From an uncultured Chloroflexia bacterium (lineage in GTDB: Bacteria; Chloroflexota; Limnocylindria; Limnocylindrales; CSP1-4), in assembly GCA_963768655.1 (NCBI GenBank), contig CAVYIM010000007.1, positions 224,001 through 288,000 on the forward strand: a stretch of DNA of 64,000 nucleotides, given 5' to 3'. Position numbers and translations under genes: made by a program. Positions within the stretch are counted from its first letter, which is position 1; each line of letters begins with the position of its first letter. The notes beneath the pieces are model-generated. The model was not told the DNA's origin and ran no database searches. It was given only the letters and a program-made list of their open reading frames with translations. This document shows, piece by piece, positions 28,433 through 37,757 of the stretch.

Positions 28433-30099
28433 GAGCCGCTCGCCCAGGCCAGGCTGGCGTAGCGCATCAGGCCCTGGCCGTTCGTGACGGCCCCCAGAAG
28501 ACCCGCTTTCGCCAGCGAATAGCCCCCGTCGTAGTCGACCGGAATCACGGGCGCCTGGTCGAGCACGACCGCCTGTGCCCGATCCAGCGCTTGCTGCATC
28601 GATGCCTGATCGCCGGCGGCCAGCGCCTGGCTGATGGCGGTGTCGAAGTCGGTCGAGCTCCACCTCCCGTAGTTGTTCGGCTGCCCGGTCCCGAGGAGAA
28701 GTCCGAGGAAATCGTCGGCTCCGGGATAGTCCGCCTCCCAGTCCATCTCCCAGAAGGCCGGCGGGTCGTTCACGAGCTGCGCGTAGTAGGACTGGAAGTC
28801 GCGGGTTTCATAACCGATATCGATCCCCAAGTTGTCATGGAGCTGGCGCACGATGGCTTCGTCCAGCGGGGCGCCGGCGGTGACCAGCGTTATCTTCGGA
28901 AAGCCCACTCCGTTCGGGTACCCCGCCGTGGCGAGCTCGGCCTTCGCCTGATCGAGATTGAAGACCGGCCCAAAATCGGTGGCGCTATGCCCGGGAACGT
29001 CGGGCGGGACCATCCCCGTCGCCGGCTCCATCAGCGGGTCGGCTTGCAGGCCGACGATGCCTCGCCAGTCGATCCCCATCTGGAATGCTAGCCGGACATG
29101 GACATCCGAGAATGGCGGCCGCGACGTGTCGAAGCCGTAGAACTCGACGGAAGGCGACGGATCGACGTGCAGCAACGGCCCGAGCGTCTGGTCGTACGCG
29201 ATCCACGACGCGTCGTCATAGGTGATCGGCGTGTAATCGAGCTTGCCGCTCTCGAAATCGGAGACCGGGCTGTCGCCGCCTATGGAGATCAGCTGGTGGA
29301 CGGTTTCGATGGGAGGCGGACCGGCCCAGTAATGGCTGTTGGCGGTCAACGTTACCTCTGTGTCGGTCAGGCCGGAGAGGACGTATGCACCGCTGCCCAC
29401 GAAGCCGTCAGGCGTCAGCGCGTCCGGGTTGGAATCGATCGACGGCGGGACGACCGCCAGCGTCGGGCTGGCCGCTATCGCGGGGAATTCCGGCGAGGGG
29501 TTCGTGAAGTCGACCTCGACCTGGTCGTCGCCGATCGCAGACAGACCTACCGCCGACTTTGCCCCGCTGCCTTCACGGTACGCACAGGCCCCGACGACAT
29601 CATCGAGGAGCGAGGCGAGCTGGCTCGGCTGAGCAGGATCGAGGACCCGCATCCAGCTCGAGATCACGTTGGCCGCGACGAGGGGCGAGCCGTCCGAGAA
29701 CACCAACCCTGGTCGGAGGTCGAAGACGAGTTTCTTGCCGGCATTCGAGGTCTGCCAGCTGTCGGCAAGGGCAGGCTGGACGTGTCCGGCCGTATCGATC
29801 GCAGTCAGTGACTCGAAGAGTTGGGCCACGACCTGGGCGCTGCCCATGTCGGACTGAACCGCCGGGTCGAGCGAGGCAGGCTCGCTCCCGAAGATGGTGA
29901 CCGAGCCGGTCGAGGATCCAGAGGGCCCCAGACTGACCCCAGGGCTGACGCCTCGGCTGGCGCCGGGGCCGGGCCGGCCGGACCCCGTCAGGTAGGTCCC
30001 GCCGGCTATGGCCAGAACGAGCGCGAGCGCGACGCCGATCGCGACCAAGGCGGGGCGGCGCTGGCCGGAACGCGGGGGCGGGGCGGGCCAGGCATACAT
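28429..30099 (-). CDS. Peptide ABC transporter substrate-binding protein (OppA family)
   Basis: SLDPA, LFESL, PALADSW, FSDGSP, VGSGAY, PPFSDVHVRLAF, WEADYP; N-terminal TM anchor. Confidence 0.9.
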   Translation of the reverse strand: MYAWPAPPPRSGQRRPALVAIGVALALVLAIAGGTYLTGSGRPGPGASRGVSPGVSLGPSGSSTGSVTIFGSEPASLDPAVQSDMGSAQVVAQLFESLTAIDTAGHVQPALADSWQTSNAGKKLVFDLRPGLVFSDGSPLVAANVISSWMRVLDPAQPSQLASLLDDVVGACAYREGSGAKSAVGLSAIGDDQVEVDFTNPSPEFPAIAASPTLAVVPPSIDSNPDALTPDGFVGSGAYVLSGLTDTEVTLTANSHYWAGPPPIETVHQLISIGGDSPVSDFESGKLDYTPITYDDASWIAYDQTLGPLLHVDPSPSVEFYGFDTSRPPFSDVHVRLAFQMGIDWRGIVGLQADPLMEPATGMVPPDVPGHSATDFGPVFNLDQAKAELATAGYPNGVGFPKITLVTAGAPLDEAIVRQLHDNLGIDIGYETRDFQSYYAQLVNDPPAFWEMDWEADYPGADDFLGLLLGTGQPNNYGRWSSTDFDTAISQALAAGDQASMQQALDRAQAVVLDQAPVIPVDYDGGYSLAKAGLLGAVTNGQGLMRYASLAWASGS

Positions 30100-30257
30100 C
30101 AGCGAACGAGCCACCAGGCGAGGAAAGTGCCGTCACGGCCATCCACCTGGAGCGGCCTCTCGATGGGTACCGGCCGAGGGGGCGGGACCACGCGCCAGAC
30201 GTATCCCTGCCCGCAGAACCGGCCGATCAGGGCTGCGATACAAAGAAAGCGGCGCAT
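30099..30257 (-). CDS. Unannotated 52-aa small ORF, apparently leaderless and coupled to oppA
   Basis: TATACT (30269-30264), 6 nt, then ATG; MRRFLCIAALIGRFCGQGYVWRVVPPPRPVPIERPLQVDGRDGTFLAWWLVR*; stop overlaps the oppA ATG (TGATG). Confidence 0.55.
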   Translation of the reverse strand: MRRFLCIAALIGRFCGQGYVWRVVPPPRPVPIERPLQVDGRDGTFLAWWLVR

Positions 30258-30400
30258 CCCGGGAGTATATGCGGACACGCCTTTGTTGCCCTGCTGCTCC
30301 AGGCTTCCCGCGGCCGGCGTCTGGGAATGCGCGGGCGTCAGCTTCTACGCTGCCTTTGCTCGCCAATTCGAGCCGTCACGGCACCGCGGCGTTTCCTTCC

Positions 30401-33091
30401 CTAACGTCCGTCCCGCAGCGCGGGAGCGAGGCGCTGGATTGCGGCTCCGGCCAGCGCAGCCAGGTGGTCCAGCATCCGGAGTCTCTCGGGCGAAACCACC
30501 GCCGCGGCTGGGAGAGCCACCACGATGAGCCCGCAGACCTGGCCGTCGACCGGAATTGGGAGGCTCAGCAGCACGCCGTTCCCGTTGTCGTCCTCAGTCA
30601 GGACGCTGGAGTTGGACCACAGCCGGCCCCAGAAACCCTCGCCGCGATGGATCGACCGCCCGGTCTCCTCGAACCTGCCGAGGCCCGCCAGCTGGCGCAT
30701 GACCTCCGGTTCTACGACAGACGACAAACCCCGCGCGGCGTCTCCGAGGGCCACCAGCCCGTCGCGCGAACCGACGATGGCGGCTGCATGCCGCAGGGTC
30801 ACCAGCGCGACCTCTTCCGCGCCGCCGGCCGTCAGGAGGTCCCTGGCCGCGTCGAGAATCGCCCCCGGGACGGCCTCGGGCGGGCTCTCGGGCACACGTC
30901 CGGCGCCGGCTGCTCGACGTCGCTTCGCTTCGTACAGGGCCGCATCCGCGGCGCTCACCAGCTCGGCCTTGGCGGGTCCGTCCGCAGGCCAGTAGGCGAC
31001 CCCGACAGACGCTCCGAAAGGCAAGTCGGCCCCTCCGATGGGCGAGACTCGGACGGCCTCTCTCACGGCTACGCGAACGCGGCCCGCCACCTCTTCGGCC
31101 TTGGCGCGGCTGGCGCCGACCAGGAGCAGGGCGAACTCGTCGCCGCCGTATCGATACGCCCGGTCGTTCTGTCGCGTGGCCCCTACGATCGCCCTGGCTA
31201 CCGTCTGGAGGAGCGCGTCGCCGGCCGGGTGGCCGTAGGTGTCGTTGAATGCCTTGAACGAGTCCAGGTCCATCATCAGTAGCGAGAACGGCTTGCCGGC
31301 GTCGACGAGCCCATCCAGGTCGCGCTGGAATGTGCCGTGATTGCGAAGTCCGGTCAGGGCGTCGAGGTCCGCGCGTGTCGACACGGTCACGTGGGTCTCG
31401 GCGTTCTGAAGAGCGATCGAGGCCTGACCGGCGAACAGCTTGCTCAATTCGAACTCCGGCTCGCTGAAATGGGCCTCCGCGCCCCCCACGCGGGCCAGGT
31501 TCAGGCTCCCGACGACATCGCCGTGAACACGCAGCGGGACCACGATGACGTTCTGCGAGACGCGGTCGCCCGCCTGCCCGGCCGTCGCTGCCTCCCGGTC
31601 GCGCCGGCTCCCATCCGTGGCCGCACTCGTCGATCGAGTCGCGTCGCTCTGCAGAGTGCCCTGGAGCGCTCCCGCCAGAACGCCCTCGGCTATGTCGTTG
31701 GCGCAGACGGCGTCACCCCGACCGATGACCCAGCTCGTGAGACCCTCGTCCAGGGCGTGGCGAGATTGGCCGGCGACTGCTTCCGCCCCCGAGTCGCCGC
31801 GCGTCAGGACCACCTCGATGCCACCGGATTCGCGGTCGTGCCTGTAGATCGTCAGGCGATCGTAGTGGACGACGCTGCCGATGGTGTCCGCTATCTGTTC
31901 GAGCACCTGGCGCGGCTCCAGGGTCGACACCAACTGCTCGCTTACATCCAGCAGCCTGCGCTCCCCGGCGAGCTGGCGTTCCAGAGCTGTCTGCTGGTGT
32001 TCCAGGCGCTCGATGTTGTCGGCATTCTCTATCGCCTGGCCCGCGTACCGGCCGAAGATCGACAGCGCCTGTTCGTCTTCCCGGTCGTAGCGCCCGGCCC
32101 CGGCTTTCGACACGACGAGCACGCCATGGACTGCCTCGCCGTACGCCATCGGAACCAGCAGCAGCGACTCGGGCCCCATCGTCGACCGGAAGATCGACCG
32201 TCTTTCCAGTGCGGCGTCGGCGACGATCACGGGTTCGTTGTGCTTCGCCACCCACCCGGGCAGCGTCTCCGCGTACCCGGACGAGATGACTTCGAGCGGC
32301 GGCGAGACGATGCCGACGAAGGTGCCGGAAGCGGCAGCGAGGTGAAAGCCCCCGTGGACGGGATCGTCCCGGTACACCCGCACCGTATCGCAGTCGACCA
32401 AACGCCCCACCTCGGCGACGATGGCCTCCACGATGGCCTCGACGTCCCGAAGCTGGGCCAGCCGAAGGCTCAGCTCGTGGATGGCCGTAAGTCGGTTTGC
32501 CAGCGATCGCACCGATGCGTACAGCCGGGAGTTCTGCATCGCGGTCGCCAGCTGGCCCGCGAAACCCGTGGCCAGGCCGAGATCCCTCACGGTCCAGGGG
32601 TGGGGCCGACGGTGAATGACGATCAACAGGCCGAGCATCTCACCCGGCACGCGGCACGGCACCCCGGCCAGACCGACGATTTCCTGCTTCTGCGCGACCG
32701 CCCGGATCTCTTCCGCAATCGGGTTCGTGGCGTCGTCCAGCGGGATCGCGACCAGTGGGCTGTCCGGCCAGCGTTGCATGATCGACTGCAGCGGACTGAT
32801 CACGTGGTGGTCCAGGGCGTCGAGGACATCCCTCGGAATCGACCGGCTGGCGGTCAGGACCAGCGAATGATCAGCCTCTTCGCGCCAGAACGCGACGCCG
32901 TCCGCCACGAGCACGAGCTCCACGCCGGCGAGCACCTCGTCGAACAGGCGGGCTCGGGCCGCCCGCTCGGTCTCGCTGTCCAGGAGCTCGGAATCGGCAG
33001 CGATCGGGTCACGCGCGAGCGTCGGAGCGACCTCCGGGGCGGCATCCTCGAACGGCCGACCGGACTCCAGGGCGAAGCTGTGGCTCTCCAT
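30401..33091 (-). CDS. Diguanylate cyclase, GAF-GAF-GAF-GGDEF-GAF
   Basis: Three GAF-like repeats ending QLATAMQN, QAIEN, ASIALQN; DALTGLRN, DLDSFKAFNDTYGH, I-site RQND, YRYGGDEF; further GAF-like C-terminus. Confidence 0.92.
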   Translation of the reverse strand: MESHSFALESGRPFEDAAPEVAPTLARDPIAADSELLDSETERAARARLFDEVLAGVELVLVADGVAFWREEADHSLVLTASRSIPRDVLDALDHHVISPLQSIMQRWPDSPLVAIPLDDATNPIAEEIRAVAQKQEIVGLAGVPCRVPGEMLGLLIVIHRRPHPWTVRDLGLATGFAGQLATAMQNSRLYASVRSLANRLTAIHELSLRLAQLRDVEAIVEAIVAEVGRLVDCDTVRVYRDDPVHGGFHLAAASGTFVGIVSPPLEVISSGYAETLPGWVAKHNEPVIVADAALERRSIFRSTMGPESLLLVPMAYGEAVHGVLVVSKAGAGRYDREDEQALSIFGRYAGQAIENADNIERLEHQQTALERQLAGERRLLDVSEQLVSTLEPRQVLEQIADTIGSVVHYDRLTIYRHDRESGGIEVVLTRGDSGAEAVAGQSRHALDEGLTSWVIGRGDAVCANDIAEGVLAGALQGTLQSDATRSTSAATDGSRRDREAATAGQAGDRVSQNVIVVPLRVHGDVVGSLNLARVGGAEAHFSEPEFELSKLFAGQASIALQNAETHVTVSTRADLDALTGLRNHGTFQRDLDGLVDAGKPFSLLMMDLDSFKAFNDTYGHPAGDALLQTVARAIVGATRQNDRAYRYGGDEFALLLVGASRAKAEEVAGRVRVAVREAVRVSPIGGADLPFGASVGVAYWPADGPAKAELVSAADAALYEAKRRRAAGAGRVPESPPEAVPGAILDAARDLLTAGGAEEVALVTLRHAAAIVGSRDGLVALGDAARGLSSVVEPEVMRQLAGLGRFEETGRSIHRGEGFWGRLWSNSSVLTEDDNGNGVLLSLPIPVDGQVCGLIVVALPAAAVVSPERLRMLDHLAALAGAAIQRLAPALRDGR

Positions 33092-33184
33092 TGCCGGCAA
33101 TTGTGACTCGGGGGCTCTCGCACGCCAGCCACCGATAGGACATCCCCCAAGCGTGGGGGTTCGGGGGTGAGACTCCCGATGCAG

Positions 33185-34141
33185 CTAGCCGCGCTCGATT
33201 GGAGCCACGAGAGTCGCGGCCGATCGATCGCTCTCGGCCGGCTCGGCAGGCGACAGCCCATCCAGGGGAGCGGCCGCGTGGTAGTGACCGTCGTCGGCGG
33301 TCTCGTGTCGGTGCGAGTGGCTGATCGGACCGTGCCGGTGCAGGTGCTCGTGGATGAGATTCGCGCGAACGAGCAAGTCCGTGTCGGCCAGGATCGTGGC
33401 CGGATCGCCGTCCGCGACGACCCTCCCCTGCTCGCTCAGCACAACGGCCCGATCCGCGATCAGGGGCACGATGTCGAGCTCGTGAGTGGCGACGATGAGC
33501 GTCCGGCCGGCCGCTCCGAGACGCTGGATCAGATCCACCAGAACCCACTTGGTGCGCGGATCCAGCGAGGCCGTGGGCTCGTCCAGGAGGAGTACCTCCG
33601 GCCTCAGGGACAGAACGGAGGCGATCGCCGCGCGCTTCTTCTCCCCGCCTGAAAGTTCGAATGGAGCCCTGTCGGCCAGGTGCGCGATCTCCATCGCCGC
33701 CAGGGCCTCGTCGCAGCGCTGCTTGACCTCGTCCGCGGCCAGGCCCAGCTGAAGCGGCCCGAATGCCACGTCGTCGAGCACGGTCGCGCTGAAGAGCTGA
33801 ATGTCCGGGTCCTGGAAGACGAGACCGACCTGGCGGTGGAAGGTGAAGGCCTCCTGCCCGGCCGCGACTGCGGCGACGTCGGAGCCGAGGGCGCGCATCG
33901 TGCCGCTCGACGGGGCGGCGATGCCGTCGAGCAGCTTCAGGAGCGTCGACTTTCCGCTGCCGTTTGCGCCCAGCAGTACGACTCGTTCGCCAGGCCAGAT
34001 GTCGAGGGTCAAGCCGTCGAGGGCGGTCTGCCGGCCCGAATAGAGGTAGCCGACGTCTCGAAGGTTGAACAGGGGTTCGCCGGGGCCGACAGCCTCGGCC
34101 CTTCGATCGCCGGCCGCCGGGTCGAGATTTCGGCCGTTCAC
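33185..34141 (-). CDS. cbiO: ECF Ni/Co transporter ATPase (CbiO/NikO) with His-rich tail
   Basis: GANGSGKST, VFQDPD.QLF, LSGGEKKR, LLDEPT; tail HEHLHRHGPISHSHRH; GTG overlaps the cbiQ stop. Confidence 0.9.
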   Translation of the reverse strand: MNGRNLDPAAGDRRAEAVGPGEPLFNLRDVGYLYSGRQTALDGLTLDIWPGERVVLLGANGSGKSTLLKLLDGIAAPSSGTMRALGSDVAAVAAGQEAFTFHRQVGLVFQDPDIQLFSATVLDDVAFGPLQLGLAADEVKQRCDEALAAMEIAHLADRAPFELSGGEKKRAAIASVLSLRPEVLLLDEPTASLDPRTKWVLVDLIQRLGAAGRTLIVATHELDIVPLIADRAVVLSEQGRVVADGDPATILADTDLLVRANLIHEHLHRHGPISHSHRHETADDGHYHAAAPLDGLSPAEPAESDRSAATLVAPIERG

Positions 34142-35004
34142 GCCACGACTCGCGACACGAGCACCGCGCCGACGCCGAAGGCCCCGGTGGCGCCGAGGGC
34201 CAGCCAGTCGGCCATGCGCATTCGATAGGTGCTGTAGACCCGCACTTCTCCCGTGAAGCCGCGCGCGAGCATGGCGGCGTACACGTCGTTGCTCATCTTG
34301 AAGGCGCGGCTCATCAGGTTGCCCATGGTGCCGGTGATCCAGCGGCGCTGCTCTCCGCCGCTCGTCCGGCCCACCACGCGGCTCTTGCGGGCCAGGAGCA
34401 TGCCGTTTGCCGTGTGCAGGAAGAGGAAGATGTAGCGGTAGGTCATGGACAGGACGAGCACGAAGACCTGCGGCGTTCGAAGCGCGCGAAGGCTCTTGAG
34501 AACATCCGCCCACGGGGTCGTGAGGACCATCAGCACGGCCAGCGACACTGACACTCCCACCCGGCTGACGAAGATCGCCGCTCCGGCGAGGCCATTCCAG
34601 GACGGAGCCAGGTGCGCCGGCCCGAGCGCCAGGTCGAAGACCCGTACCCCGGGCACGAAGAAGATGGCCGGCACGACTACGATCCCGGCGAAGAACGGGA
34701 TCCCGAGCCAGACGCGCTTGATGAAGAAGCCGAATGGAACGCGGCTAGCCCGCGCCGCCGCGAGGGTGGCGGCATACAGGAGCGCGAGACCGACGACCGA
34801 GCTCGCCAGGCTGGCCGCTACGATGGCCATGAGGAAGCCGACGAGCTTCGCGCGGGGATCGCGTCGCTGCAGCCATCCGTCGGAGCGGGCGTGCCGTTCC
34901 GTGAAGATGGCGTGCTCGATGTTGGCGGTGATGCCACCGACGGTCTGCTCCAGCCAGCCGATGCGTCCGTCAGCTGCCGGGCGCCCGGCTGCGACCGCGG
35001 TCAC
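34138..35004 (-). CDS. cbiQ: ECF transmembrane T component (CbiQ/NikQ)
   Basis: DPRAKL, LTTPW..VLKSLR.L, MTYRYIFL, ARKSR, AMLARGF. Confidence 0.9.
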   Translation of the reverse strand: MTAVAAGRPAADGRIGWLEQTVGGITANIEHAIFTERHARSDGWLQRRDPRAKLVGFLMAIVAASLASSVVGLALLYAATLAAARASRVPFGFFIKRVWLGIPFFAGIVVVPAIFFVPGVRVFDLALGPAHLAPSWNGLAGAAIFVSRVGVSVSLAVLMVLTTPWADVLKSLRALRTPQVFVLVLSMTYRYIFLFLHTANGMLLARKSRVVGRTSGGEQRRWITGTMGNLMSRAFKMSNDVYAAMLARGFTGEVRVYSTYRMRMADWLALGATGAFGVGAVLVSRVVA

Positions 35005-36284
35005 GAGCCGGCCTCCGCGGCCGCCCCAGCCTGCCCGTTGCCGCGGCTTAGCAATCGGGCGATCCCGTATACGACCGCGCCGATGAGCGTGATCCCGATG
35101 ATGCCGGCGACCTCGTAGCCGATTGCGGCGTGCCAGAGCGGCGCGCTCGCCTCGGAGAAGAACGGCAGGGGCAGGTTGTAGCCGGCCATCGGGGCCGCGA
35201 AGACGCCCGACAGCTGCTGCAGGCCCGAGGGCACGTAGCCGAACGCAGCCTTGACGTCCTCGGTGCTGCCCTCCCCATACGCGATCCCGGGCGCGATGAG
35301 ACCGAGCGGAGCAATCACGGCAATCGCCACGAAGGTCGCACCGATGCGCTTGGCGGCCCGCGGCAGGAGCAAGTAGCTGGCCGGTATCAGGATGGCGCCG
35401 ATCACGATCGTCACGACCAGCATCGTCGCCACCGACGGCCAGTCGACCCGCGACCAGTCGGCGCCGAACATGCGATTGGGGTTGCCGCCACCCTCGATCA
35501 GGCCGATGGCGGCCAGGGCCACGACTCCCGCGCCGACAGACGCCGCGACAAGCTGCCAGAGCGGGCGTCTGGCGACGGTCCCTTCCGCAACCGCGTCGGG
35601 CGCGAAGATCCGGCTCATGCTCGTCAGGTACTCCGGGTGGCGCCGCTGCAGATACGCGACTCCGAGGCCCGTGATCAGACCCTCCACGATCGACGCTCCG
35701 AAGGCGTGCGCGGCAACCATCGCCGGGATCGCCTCGGACAGCCCATACGGGCTATAGAGAGCGTGCCCGTTCTGGGAGAAGAGGATCGGTTCGATGCCGA
35801 GTTCGACGCCTACGGTGAACGCCGCGACGGTGATGCCCACGTATGCACCGATGCCCGCGGCCACGGCCCGACGAGTGGACAGCACCGGCGAGCCCGCGGC
35901 GAGGAGGCGGTACGTCCCATACCCGACGAACGGCAGGATGATGGCCATGTTCAGGCAGTTCGCGAAGATCGCCAGCACGCCGCCGTCACCGAAGAAGAGG
36001 GCCTGCAGAATCAGCGCCGTACTGACGGCGATGCAGGCGGCCCATGGCCCCAGGACGACGGCGATGAGCGTCCCTCCCACTCCATGTGCCGTCGTGCCGC
36101 CCGGAACCGGGACGTTGAACATCATGATCGTGAAGCTGAGGGCCGAGAAGATCGCCAGCAGCGGCACGGTCCTGTTGTTCAGGACCTTCTTGACCTTCTG
36201 CGTCGCCACCGCCCAGACTGGTAGTGTCGGTACCGCGAGGGCGAGAGAGACGGCTGGCGCAAGGTAGCCGTCGGGTATGTGCAC
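35001..36284 (-). CDS. cbiM: ECF S component CbiM/NikM fused to a NikN/PDGLE-like domain
   Basis: GTG start giving MHIPDGYL, MFNVPVPGGTTAHGVGG, QALFFGDGG..AIFAN; C-terminal PLGLIAPG..YGEG...APMAGY. Confidence 0.9.
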   Translation of the reverse strand: MHIPDGYLAPAVSLALAVPTLPVWAVATQKVKKVLNNRTVPLLAIFSALSFTIMMFNVPVPGGTTAHGVGGTLIAVVLGPWAACIAVSTALILQALFFGDGGVLAIFANCLNMAIILPFVGYGTYRLLAAGSPVLSTRRAVAAGIGAYVGITVAAFTVGVELGIEPILFSQNGHALYSPYGLSEAIPAMVAAHAFGASIVEGLITGLGVAYLQRRHPEYLTSMSRIFAPDAVAEGTVARRPLWQLVAASVGAGVVALAAIGLIEGGGNPNRMFGADWSRVDWPSVATMLVVTIVIGAILIPASYLLLPRAAKRIGATFVAIAVIAPLGLIAPGIAYGEGSTEDVKAAFGYVPSGLQQLSGVFAAPMAGYNLPLPFFSEASAPLWHAAIGYEVAGIIGITLIGAVVYGIARLLSRGNGQAGAAAEAGS

Positions 36285-36311
36285 CAGGGCTCTCCAGATG
36301 TTCCGCCTGAC

Positions 36312-36332
36312 GCTACAGTTTGCTATTGCAAC
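36312..36332. promoter_or_regulatory. Candidate Fur-family operator between cbiM and its divergent regulator
   Basis: AT-rich imperfect inverted repeat GCTACA-GTTTGCTAT-TGCAAC in the 120-bp divergent spacer. Confidence 0.45.
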
Positions 36333-36404
36333 GCGTCGCGGCTGACGCAAGTCTACGTCCTCGCGCCGATGCGCGACAATCGGGGGCGCAGAAAGGACCG
36401 CCCA

Positions 36405-36869
36405 GTGCCACAGGCAGAACCCAACCCAGGCGCCGGAGTGACCGGCGCGAGCCCATGGGATGAGGCCGCCGATCGAATCAGAGCCAGCGGCCTCCGCTGG
36501 ACGCCTCAACGGCGAACCCTGGTCGAAGTCCTGCGGGAACGCGAGGGGCACGTCACGGCGACGGAGCTGATCGCGCGTTGCCGGGAGCGCGACCAGACGA
36601 CCACCCCCTCAACTGTCTATCGGACGCTGGATCTGCTCGAGGATCTGGGACTCGTCAAGCACGGTCACGGACACGACGGGCGCGAGGAGTACCACATCCT
36701 CCCCCAACAGGTCCACGGTCATCTCTACTGCGTGGGCTGCGGCACCACGTGGGAGATCCGGCCTGAAACGGGAGCCGTCATCGTGGAGGCGCTGGCGTCG
36801 CAGCTGGGCTTCGTCGTGGATCTCTCGCACGTGACGATCTCTGGTCGCTGCGCCGGCTGCCATGACTGA
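36405..36869 (+). CDS. Fur-family transcriptional regulator
   Basis: GLRWTPQR, STVYRTLDLLEDLGLV, HGHLYCVGCG, GRCAGC; GAAAGGA SD before GTG 36405. Confidence 0.9.
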   Translation: MPQAEPNPGAGVTGASPWDEAADRIRASGLRWTPQRRTLVEVLREREGHVTATELIARCRERDQTTTPSTVYRTLDLLEDLGLVKHGHGHDGREEYHILPQQVHGHLYCVGCGTTWEIRPETGAVIVEALASQLGFVVDLSHVTISGRCAGCHD

Positions 36870-36890
36870 CTTCCGGCCCTGGCTCGCCCC

Positions 36891-37757
36891 CTAGTACGGA
36901 ACCACCAGCAGCCACTTTCCGTCACGACCCGGGTAGTGCCCCTCGGGTCGCTTCCACGGAAGGTAGTTCTTGGCCATGGCGGTCATGTCCCGGAACGTGT
37001 CCGGGGGCAGCGTCTGGCCCCAGATCGAGCTCAGGCGCGGATAGAACGGATCAACGATGTACGCGCCGAGAACCGCGAAGCCTCCGGGGTAGTAGCGCGG
37101 GTCGTTGGTGGACTGGAAACCGGTCATGACCCATGAATGGGCGCCCTTCCAGGCCAGCAACCCAACGGGCAGGTTCGTCTTGCGCAACGCCGTGGCCGCG
37201 TCGTCCAGCGCCTGGTTGAGAGTGTTGTCCACGACAAGCTTGTAGCGATGGCCGCTCAACTGGGTCATCGTGATGGCCCAGCCAGCCGGGCCGTAGCCAC
37301 CGTTGAGGCTGTCCGTCTTCGTTGTGTTGGCGACGATCGTGTTGCTGATCACCAGCTGGCGCGCCGTCGTCAGATCTATCTTCGGCCCGATGATGTTGAG
37401 CATGTTCTGCACTGCACCGGCCATGCACGCTTCCCTGTCGTGCTGCGAGACGAACGTTCCGGCCCGATAGATGTCTATGCTGAACGGGGCAGGCGTGGGC
37501 GCCGGCGTTGGGAAGGACGGCCAGACAAAGGGGGTGCCGGTTGCGTCGGGAGTTGCCGAGTCGGTGGGCGGCGCCGTCTCGCCCGGCGTCTCGCTCGGCG
37601 TCGGGGCGGGGGTGATCGTCGACCGCGTCGCAGATGGACCATTGGCGGCCGCCGTTCCCACGGCGACCCAGGCCGCTGACGCGAGGATCACGCAAACCGC
37701 CACGTAGGCCCCCACCCCAACCAGAGCCCGCCACCGTGACTTCGACCGCCGCGCCAT
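36891..37757 (-). CDS. Exported papain-like (C39-like) cysteine peptidase candidate with Pro/Thr linker
   Basis: N-terminal TM/signal, PT linker, FVSQ....ACMAGAVQNML, GAHSWVMTG, IVDP. Confidence 0.6.
   Translation of the reverse strand: MARRSKSRWRALVGVGAYVAVCVILASAAWVAVGTAAANGPSATRSTITPAPTPSETPGETAPPTDSATPDATGTPFVWPSFPTPAPTPAPFSIDIYRAGTFVSQHDREACMAGAVQNMLNIIGPKIDLTTARQLVISNTIVANTTKTDSLNGGYGPAGWAITMTQLSGHRYKLVVDNTLNQALDDAATALRKTNLPVGLLAWKGAHSWVMTGFQSTNDPRYYPGGFAVLGAYIVDPFYPRLSSIWGQTLPPDTFRDMTAMAKNYLPWKRPEGHYPGRDGKWLLVVPY

Noticed and set aside
33095-33184. c-di-GMP riboswitch upstream of the diguanylate cyclase (also checked upstream of flp)
   Set aside because: Only simple GC hairpins; class I and class II consensus elements not found by eye
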